Source of the DNA: Bdellovibrionaceae bacterium UBA6502
Lineage (GTDB): Bacteria; Bdellovibrionota; Bdellovibrionia; Bdellovibrionales; UBA840
NCBI GenBank assembly: GCA_002436415.1
Contig: DJMA01000012.1
Span: 90,345-154,344, forward strand
Direction of reading: 5' to 3'
Length of the DNA stretch: 64,000 bases
In this document: positions 18,407 to 25,670 of the stretch, piece by piece
Layout of the letters: each line of letters opens with the position of its first letter
How positions within the stretch are numbered: position 1 is the first letter of the stretch
Notes under the pieces: generated by a model
Told to the model about the DNA's origin: nothing
What the model saw: the letters and a program-made list of their open reading frames with translations, nothing else
Database searches by the model: none
Program-made: the position numbers and the translations under genes

Positions 18407-19123
18407 TTAATCCATCTTCTCCAAGGCATATTCAAAGTTACGCAAATACCTTCCGTTACGGTCTTTCACCACCCACTTTTGGTAAATAGGACTTAACTCA
18501 CAATTTTTAAACACATTGGGAAGCTCAGTGCTTAAAATCCACTGCCAATTTACCTTTAGGATGGCATCCAATCGGCCGTCTTTAAACTCCATCACCACAT
18601 TGTCTTCTTTAAAAGAAAAGCGAAAGGCAGAAACGGACTTTCCATCCTCAAGGTAATAGCGTCCCTTTTCTATCTTTACGGGAAACTGATCAAAGTATTG
18701 TGTGGATAAATAATTACCACCCTCATCGTATTTTAAGCTCTTCAACACTCTATCCCCACGAAACCAATTGTACGGACTGAGCATCATTCGATGAAAATTT
18801 CTACTTTGAAGATCATTGTTATCCTGTGAGAAACTTAGCTTGTCATTAATTGCCAAAGCAGAAGTTTCACTCGAAAACTGAATGCTTAAATCCGGAAAAA
18901 TTTTTAAGCTCAAAACGTCAGTAATTCTACCAAGAGATCTAACTTTAATTTTTAATTCTTGTTTTTTTGAGCTTTGAAAATTCGAAGGTTTTTTACAGTC
19001 GACCTGCTTCAAAAAGTCTTGAGCAGAAAAAAGCCCTTCGCTTTTTTCTGCTCTAAAGTTTGCCATGGCAAAACTTTGAATCAGTAATAAAGAAACGGTC
19101 AATAAGACCTGTCTATTCGTCAC
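18407..19123 (-). CDS. secreted hypothetical protein
   Basis: Signal peptide. Its start overlaps the upstream stop by 4 nt. Confidence 0.6.
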   Translation of the reverse strand: MTNRQVLLTVSLLLIQSFAMANFRAEKSEGLFSAQDFLKQVDCKKPSNFQSSKKQELKIKVRSLGRITDVLSLKIFPDLSIQFSSETSALAINDKLSFSQDNNDLQSRNFHRMMLSPYNWFRGDRVLKSLKYDEGGNYLSTQYFDQFPVKIEKGRYYLEDGKSVSAFRFSFKEDNVVMEFKDGRLDAILKVNWQWILSTELPNVFKNCELSPIYQKWVVKDRNGRYLRNFEYALEKMD

Positions 19124-20436
19124 TGATTGTCCCCCATCTTCTCTAACTCCTTGGCATACTCATACACCCCACCAACTTCTTTTTTCTCAACCACCGAACC
19201 ATTCTGCGCGCTTTCTAGCTTTTGACGAATCTTCACATAGTCAAAGCGACCATCCAATCCCAGAGCCTGATCAATTTTCGAAAAAACACTATATTTTAAT
19301 TGCTCACTAAACTGTTCAAATCCTCCAGATTGAGTCATTTGCAAGCTTTTCAAAGAAATCAAATCATCAATACTAAGGTCTTTACTATCTAAAATTCTAC
19401 TCATTACCAATTGGTTTAAAAGCGTTGAAAAAGAACCCAACTTTTGAATCTCTTCATTATCATCAAGTAGAGCCGAATTAGAAGCGAAGCTGCTCAAGGT
19501 TAAAAGCTCTTTATACTTTAAACGACAGCTAACGATAGATTCGGCTGTGTACTCTCTCCATCGGCCAATCACTGTTTCTACTCTTTTTACTGATTTTGGA
19601 TTTAATACTTTTACGATTTCTCCTGCCAATAAATCACAGCGTTTTCTTCCATTAACAATAGCACCATACATCGCTGCGCGCTTTGTCTCTTGATCCTCAA
19701 CATCCACATATTCTACTGGAGACAATGTAATTACGGCTTTCATATAAGAAAACATCCCATACTTAGAACTAAGAGTACTCCAGCCTGGCATATCACCGAG
19801 ATCTACATAGGAAGCGTATCCGTGACCAATCAAAGGCAAGACCACAGTTTGCTCAAAAATATTCGATCCACCATCAACGATATTTTTCTTTCCAACTAAG
19901 TTCAACTGGTGGAAAAAAGCTAAGGCAATTTGATTGGCCTCAGACTCGTTAAAATTAATATGATGGGAATGTTCATGCATTAAACTCTTTGCTATTTCGT
20001 TTATGATAATTTTATCAAATTTATGAAAATAGATCTTTGAACGAAAATAAACTTTAGCATCAGACTCTTTGTAAGTCTTAGCCCATACCAAACTACCAGC
20101 TTGCTCATCTCCAATACAATAAGGCGTTTGATCAGTATTCTCCGCCACAAAAGAACAGTTCGCACTATGATCGAACTCATAGGAGTTTTCCTGAAGAGAC
20201 CGCATTAGTTTCTTTTTATTTTTAGTGTATTTAGAAGCTAAGCTCTTACTCATTTTATCCATGGCCAACTGATCATTAGATAATGAGTCTACTAAAATTG
20301 ATTTTGCTTTATAAACGGCAGACTCAAAATCATCTTCTGCATTTCCACCCTCAGTTGAGGCCGGTGCATTTAAACCAATCAATAACAAGGCCAATACCGT
20401 CTCGATTATTTTTACTCTTTTTTTACTCATTATCAT
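19120..20436 (-). CDS. secreted hypothetical protein with an HEXXH motif
   Basis: Signal peptide. LMHEHSHH contains H-E-x-x-H. I recognise no family otherwise. Confidence 0.6.
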   Translation of the reverse strand: MIMSKKRVKIIETVLALLLIGLNAPASTEGGNAEDDFESAVYKAKSILVDSLSNDQLAMDKMSKSLASKYTKNKKKLMRSLQENSYEFDHSANCSFVAENTDQTPYCIGDEQAGSLVWAKTYKESDAKVYFRSKIYFHKFDKIIINEIAKSLMHEHSHHINFNESEANQIALAFFHQLNLVGKKNIVDGGSNIFEQTVVLPLIGHGYASYVDLGDMPGWSTLSSKYGMFSYMKAVITLSPVEYVDVEDQETKRAAMYGAIVNGRKRCDLLAGEIVKVLNPKSVKRVETVIGRWREYTAESIVSCRLKYKELLTLSSFASNSALLDDNEEIQKLGSFSTLLNQLVMSRILDSKDLSIDDLISLKSLQMTQSGGFEQFSEQLKYSVFSKIDQALGLDGRFDYVKIRQKLESAQNGSVVEKKEVGGVYEYAKELEKMGDNQ

Positions 20437-21262
20437 TTCTCCGACTTAAAGGGATTAATTGCACATTTAAATTATAAACAGCGTTTTTCTCGCCACTTTC
20501 TAAAAACTCAGCCAGTTCTCTACGAAATTTTGTGATCATCTCTTTGGCTTGAGGAAGTTTCTTTTTATCGATCCCCATAGAGATAAAAGTAATATCTCTT
20601 TCATCAATTGGATCTTTTTGTAAGGAATTTGCTGCTAGTTTCATTCGTTGTAAATGGGAGTTTCTTAACGCATTGGAAGCAACATCGTGAGTGGTAGTAA
20701 TGTTTTTTCTTTCTTTTAAAGAGAATTTACCAAACTCCTCATTCACTAAACCCACTCGTAAAAGCCTTTCAATACCCTCAGTAATGATGCCTCGATCTAA
20801 TCCCAACTCTTCGCTTATAAACTCTTTGGTTCCGTCAAAGGCGTCGAGAGTCATCACATTTAAAATTGCAAAGTGGTACCAATCTGCAATCAAACGAAAA
20901 CTATCCTCTGACAAGCTTGTAAAACTAGCTGCCTGCCTTTGCCTTTCACCGATTTTTTTCTGCGCTTCTAGTTTTTTCTTCTCCGAACGATGAAACTTCG
21001 CATTCACTAAGGACACAAACACTTCTTCTTCTTTTGCATTTAAGCCCAAACCGGAAGAAATTTTGCGAGCCATCTTTTCAGATATCCCCTGTTTACCATT
21101 CAAAATACTACTCAAACCAGAGGCTGCGACTCCAAGGTCTTTGGCGAAAGCTCTAAGTGAATAAGCAGGGTTCATTTGCCTTCTACTTTTCCACTCATTA
21201 TTTAAAATGTCTAAATAGCTCAAATTCTGTTGCACAAAGGAAACATACAACAATCTCGCCAA
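20423..21262 (-). CDS. HTH-domain regulator-like protein (resembles the TIGR02147/DUF4423 family)
   Basis: N-terminal XRE-like HTH (YSLRAFAKDLGVAASGLSSILNGKQGIS). TTG start. Overlaps the next gene by 14 nt. Confidence 0.55.
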   Translation of the reverse strand: MARLLYVSFVQQNLSYLDILNNEWKSRRQMNPAYSLRAFAKDLGVAASGLSSILNGKQGISEKMARKISSGLGLNAKEEEVFVSLVNAKFHRSEKKKLEAQKKIGERQRQAASFTSLSEDSFRLIADWYHFAILNVMTLDAFDGTKEFISEELGLDRGIITEGIERLLRVGLVNEEFGKFSLKERKNITTTHDVASNALRNSHLQRMKLAANSLQKDPIDERDITFISMGIDKKKLPQAKEMITKFRRELAEFLESGEKNAVYNLNVQLIPLSRRNDNE

Positions 21263-21354
21263 AGCCCATAACTTTAATGATCAAAGTGTTCAGTAAAACT
21301 GCCTTCATGCGTAAAATGCGTATTATTTACATAAATTCAGTCCTAGCTCTTTTA

Positions 21355-21505
21355 AAGTGGTCCCTTTAATTGCGGATAAAAGCTAAGAACTATGAGATAC
21401 CATTCCTAAAATTTAAAATGTCCCCATTTGATTTCGCTGTGAAATGAATACTGAAAAGGATTCCAAGAGTTTAAACAAACTCATCCGCAATTAAAGGGGC
21501 CAGGT
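21355..21505 (+). repeat. TIR hairpin element, copy 2 (left arm partly decayed)
   Basis: Left arm TGGTCCCTTTAATTGCGGAT (21358-21377). Right arm ATCCGCAATTAAAGGGGCCAG (21483-21503). The interior is 105 nt and is collinear with copy 1. Confidence 0.8.
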
Positions 21506-21666
21506 AACAGCTCTCACAAAAAAACTAGAGCTTTCTCATATTGAGACACTGCTCTGCAAAGCCCTGCCTCAGTCATCCCCTGTAAAACTATTAAACGTTA
21601 TTTAAGTTTCTAGGCAGCGTTTCAGCCAGATATCACGTTATTTCAAGTACTTAGATCACAAATCCT

Positions 21667-21682
21667 TGGCACTTCTCTTGCT
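21667..21682 (+). promoter_or_regulatory. sigma-54 promoter TGGCAC-TTCTC-TTGCT
   Basis: Exact consensus, 40 nt upstream of the ATG at 21722. Confidence 0.8.
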
Positions 21683-21721
21683 CTATAAAGGGCATAGCTT
21701 GAAAAATTCTGGGGAGAAATT

Positions 21722-23053
21722 ATGAAAGCATTAAACAACAAAAAATTCATTACACTAGCAGCAGCACTTAGCCTAATGAGCTTTGGCGCCTACCACAAAC
21801 AAGAAGCTCCAACACAAGAACAAACTAGCGCACAAAGAACTCCACAAATGGAACTACTTGGAAAAATCATTCCAGGCACTGCACCTAAAAAAGAAAAAGA
21901 CGTTTTAATGACCGACCCTGCAATGAAATTTAAATGGGGTATGAACGGTTCTACTGCTGCCGATATCAGTACCAACCTTGCTTGGAGCATTAGTCGCGGT
22001 AGCAAAGATATCATTGTTGCAGTAATTGATACTGGCATCGATGTAAATCACCCTGACATCAAAAACAACTTATGGAAAAACCCAGGAGAAACTGGTTTAG
22101 ATAAAAATGGTAAAGACAAAGCGACCAATGGAATCGACGATGATGGAAATGGATTTGTTGATGATGTTCATGGTTGGAACTTTGTAGCAAACAATCATAA
22201 TCTTGAAGACAATCACGGTCACGGAACTCATATTGCTGGGATCGTAGGTGCAGAAGGAGATAATGGAATTGGTATCTCTGGCGTTGCTCCTAAAGTAAGT
22301 ATCATGGTTTTAAAATACTATGATCCAAAAGCAAAATTCAATGACAACCTTGGTAACACCATTAAGTCCATCGAATATGCAAATAAGATGGGTGCTAAAA
22401 TCATTAACTACTCTGGTGGTGGTTTAGAGTTTAGTCGACGTGAATATAACGCCATTAAAGAGTCTCGTGAAAAAGGCATTCTTTTTGTTGCAGCAGCTGG
22501 TAACGAAAGAAGTAACTCTGACATTCACAATTATTTTCCAGCAGATTATAACTTGGATAATATAATTTCTGTTACCGCCATTAACCAACAAGCGAAAGTT
22601 TTAAAATCATCTAACTACGGAAAAGAATCTGTTCACATTGCAGCTCCAGGCGAAGACATTTTTAGCCTTCTACCTGGTGGACGCTATGGACAAATGACAG
22701 GAACATCACAAGCAACTGCTTTTGTAAGTGGAGTAGCTGCTTTGGTTTTTGCAAACAACAATAGCTTTGATTACAAACAAGTAAGAAAACAAATCTTAAT
22801 CACTTCAGATGAAATTGAAGGACTACGTCAAAAAACAAAATACTCAGGGAAGTTAAATTCTTATGCAGCTCTTGCGATTCAAGATGCCATTCCAGCAAAT
22901 GGTTTGATGGCTGCAGAAAATTTAGACTTTAAATCCCCTGCCAATGAAGATCCTGCTGCTCAAAGCAATACAGGATCAGAAAATATCAGAAGCCTTTCTA
23001 GCATCGTAACTGCGATCAATGAAAGTGTGAAAGAGGTTGAGAATAAGAACTAA
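21722..23053 (+). CDS. secreted S8 subtilisin-like serine protease
   Basis: Catalytic triad blocks VAVIDTGID, HGHGTHIAG and GTSQATAFVSG. Signal peptide. Confidence 0.9.
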   Translation: MKALNNKKFITLAAALSLMSFGAYHKQEAPTQEQTSAQRTPQMELLGKIIPGTAPKKEKDVLMTDPAMKFKWGMNGSTAADISTNLAWSISRGSKDIIVAVIDTGIDVNHPDIKNNLWKNPGETGLDKNGKDKATNGIDDDGNGFVDDVHGWNFVANNHNLEDNHGHGTHIAGIVGAEGDNGIGISGVAPKVSIMVLKYYDPKAKFNDNLGNTIKSIEYANKMGAKIINYSGGGLEFSRREYNAIKESREKGILFVAAAGNERSNSDIHNYFPADYNLDNIISVTAINQQAKVLKSSNYGKESVHIAAPGEDIFSLLPGGRYGQMTGTSQATAFVSGVAALVFANNNSFDYKQVRKQILITSDEIEGLRQKTKYSGKLNSYAALAIQDAIPANGLMAAENLDFKSPANEDPAAQSNTGSENIRSLSSIVTAINESVKEVENKN

Positions 23054-23110
23054 TTTTTTAAAGGATTAAGAATTTTTAAAGCAGCTATCTCTCCCCATTT
23101 TTTAGCTGTA

Positions 23111-23137
23111 GCGCCACAGGAAGTGGTGCTTTTTTTG
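23111..23137 (+). terminator. rho-independent terminator
   Basis: GCGCCAC-AGGAA-GTGGTGC (one G-U pair) followed by T7. Confidence 0.7.
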
Positions 23138-23185
23138 TTTTTTGCTCTTACTCCTCGGTTTAGGTCTTCGAATGAGTCGGCCTTC

Positions 23186-23305
23186 TGAGAAATGTATTTT
23201 TTCAGAGGCGCTATTCCGGTCGCAGCCTTCGCTGCTCCCTGCCATCCTTGGGGCTTGTTGAATCCCATCCATGGGATTCAAAACTCTGAAAAAATACATT
23301 TCTCA
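23186..23305. repeat. GC-rich structured element closed by a perfect 22-bp inverted repeat
   Basis: 23186-23207 is the exact reverse complement of 23284-23305. Inner hairpins are GCAGC-CTTC-GCTGC (23222-23235) and TTGAATCCCAT-CC-ATGGGATTCAA (23258-23281). Confidence 0.75.
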
Positions 23306-23460
23306 TACGGCCTCTTTCTCACTTCTTTAATTCTAAATCTCGTCGTCTATTTTTTAATTTTGCTGGTGCGGGGGTATGGGGCGGCTTTGCCGCCGGTGGC
23401 TGTTTGATTCGCTTTGCTCTCAAAAGTGCTTTTGTTTTTGGCGTTTATTTTGAGGGGGAT

Positions 23461-23970
23461 TTATCGTTTTAGGCGGATGCCGAATACTACGGCTAGGCTT
23501 ATTAGGCCGCCTATAGCTAATGGTGGTTTTCCAGCGAATGTACCAAAGAATAGAGCGGCGCTTGATGCTAGTATAGCGAAAGTGGTCCACTTTGGTGGCT
23601 TCTCAAATTTTCTTTCCGATCTTTGGCTTAACATTTGAAAACTTGCCAGTTGAATGATTTTATCCTGCATCTTTTTAGAGGTTTCATCTAATGGATTTAC
23701 TTCCATCATTTTACGATACTGCTGAGAAGCGAAACTTAGCTTGTTATATTGGAGACTGCTTTGAATAAACTGCTCATGAAGAGCTTCGTTTTGGTAATCT
23801 TGAACAATTTTTTTCCACAGCTCTAGCAAAACACTATTTCCCATAACTTGTCTGTCGGGAGAACTTTCCTTATCACTAATTTTGCTTAAAATAATCCCAC
23901 ATGAAGGACATTCATTCATATCCTTCGTAAGATTATAAGAACATTTTGGACAAGTGAGTGGCTGCATCAA
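23461..23970 (-). CDS. zinc-ribbon protein with a C-terminal membrane anchor
   Basis: CPKCSYNL...CPSCG at the N-terminus and two hydrophobic segments at the C-terminus. Confidence 0.6.
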   Translation of the reverse strand: MMQPLTCPKCSYNLTKDMNECPSCGIILSKISDKESSPDRQVMGNSVLLELWKKIVQDYQNEALHEQFIQSSLQYNKLSFASQQYRKMMEVNPLDETSKKMQDKIIQLASFQMLSQRSERKFEKPPKWTTFAILASSAALFFGTFAGKPPLAIGGLISLAVVFGIRLKR

Positions 23971-24054
23971 ATAATCCTTTGCTTGAGAAGTTTTGCTTCG
24001 TTAAAATATTGTAGTTAGAATTAAACAAGAAAACAAGTCCAAGGAGCTGCTTTC

Positions 24055-25605
24055 ATGGAAACTCGTCGTCTGAGCCTACTAGCGCTAATTTCTGGAATCT
24101 GCATTGGTTTTTCCTACATTCCTTTTTACGCAATCCTTGGACTCTTCTCCTTGGTCCCTCTGTTTCTAGCACTAGATGAAGCTAAAAATTTAAAACAAGT
24201 TTTTAAATACTCCTGGATTTCACAATTTATCTTAAGCTTGATCGGATTTCACTGGGTAGCAACGACTGCTCATGATTTTGGTTATATGCCATGGTGGCTA
24301 AGCATAATCGTCTTATTGGTGTTTTGTTCTGTGATGCACATTCATTTTTGCATCGCCTTTATGATTTGGTTTAAACTAAAAAATAAATTTCAACTCAAGC
24401 AAATGCAAAGTGATATTTTAAAAGTATTATGTCTTTTTGCCTTAGAAACTTATTGGCCAATGCTATTTCCCTGGAACTTTGGCTACACATGGATGACCAG
24501 TGCCTTTCCCATCGCACAAACTGCCGAAATTTGGGGATTCACAGGACTAAGTTTTCTCAGTATCTTGGCCAATGCTTATATCAAACAAATCTACCACGCT
24601 AGACAAAATAACAATGCAGCTTACGCACAAAAAATTATCATTGGAGTTCTCGCAAGTATTTTTTGCTTGAGCCTATTAGGATATTCACTGAAAGAAAGTG
24701 TGCCTAGCTACGATAAGAAATGGAAAATTGGTGTGGTCCAAGCCAATATTGGAAATTTTGATAAAGTCCAAGCAGAGCATGGATATGACTTTCAAAGAGC
24801 TATCGTTGATAAATACTTAGATTTAACAAAACAACTCCTAGAAAAAGAATCAAACTTAGACTTAGTAATTTGGCCAGAAACAGCAATTCCCGTTTCTTAC
24901 ACCGAAAGCAGTAAAAACTCTCAGCTTTTTCAAAAAATTCAATTATTAATAAATCAAAGTAAAACTCCTCTTCTCGCCGGAAGTTTTTTTAAAGACCATT
25001 CCCTCTATAACGGTGCTGGGCTATGGCTACCAAAGATTGGCTTGAGCACAAAATACCTAAAAACAATGTTATTAGCATTTGGCGAAACCGTTCCTTTCAC
25101 AGAAAATTTTCCTGAAGTGCAAAGATTTATAAAAAAAACCGTTCCTGCCATAAGTTTTTTCGGCAAAGGTAGTGGCTCTGTTCCCATGGATTTTCAACAA
25201 ACAAAAATAGGCGTAAATATCTGTTACGAAGGAATTCATCCCAATTTTGTAATTGATTTAAAAAACAAAGGCTCCCAAATATTTATAAACCTAACCAATG
25301 ATTCCTGGTTTGGAAAAACTTTTGAACCATACCAGCATCTATACATGACCCTTGCAAGAAGCATCGAACATCGCATTCCAAGTATACGCTCTACCAATAC
25401 CGGCATTAGCACAGCCATCAGTGCACAAGGTGAAATTATGGAGCGCTCTCCCCTACATCAAGAATGGACCGGAGCTTATGAATTAGAAGGGCATATAAAT
25501 CCACCAAAAACTCTTTATCAAATTATTGGTAAATACATCCTTGCCTTCGCCATTCTTATTAGCCTCGGTTTAATGTTTTTATTTAGAGAAAAATCAAATC
25601 AATAA
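24055..25605 (+). CDS. lnt: apolipoprotein N-acyltransferase
   Basis: N-terminal polytopic region plus a CN-hydrolase domain (WPETAIP, NICYEGIHP, NLTNDSWFG). Confidence 0.9.
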   Translation: METRRLSLLALISGICIGFSYIPFYAILGLFSLVPLFLALDEAKNLKQVFKYSWISQFILSLIGFHWVATTAHDFGYMPWWLSIIVLLVFCSVMHIHFCIAFMIWFKLKNKFQLKQMQSDILKVLCLFALETYWPMLFPWNFGYTWMTSAFPIAQTAEIWGFTGLSFLSILANAYIKQIYHARQNNNAAYAQKIIIGVLASIFCLSLLGYSLKESVPSYDKKWKIGVVQANIGNFDKVQAEHGYDFQRAIVDKYLDLTKQLLEKESNLDLVIWPETAIPVSYTESSKNSQLFQKIQLLINQSKTPLLAGSFFKDHSLYNGAGLWLPKIGLSTKYLKTMLLAFGETVPFTENFPEVQRFIKKTVPAISFFGKGSGSVPMDFQQTKIGVNICYEGIHPNFVIDLKNKGSQIFINLTNDSWFGKTFEPYQHLYMTLARSIEHRIPSIRSTNTGISTAISAQGEIMERSPLHQEWTGAYELEGHINPPKTLYQIIGKYILAFAILISLGLMFLFREKSNQ

Positions 25606-25670
25606 GTGCTGTTTTATTACAATTAAACTATAAAACAGCCAGTTTCTACTGCCGATTTCAACAGCAAGAT

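Noticed and set aside
23050-23638. Cluster of 65-74-aa overlapping ORFs on both strands (23050-23268, 23102-23299, 23192-23407, 23414-23638)
   Set aside because: They overlie a terminator, the 22-bp inverted-repeat element and GC-rich hairpins, or run antisense to the 23461-23970 gene. They are mutually exclusive, lack an RBS, and are open only because the local GC is higher.
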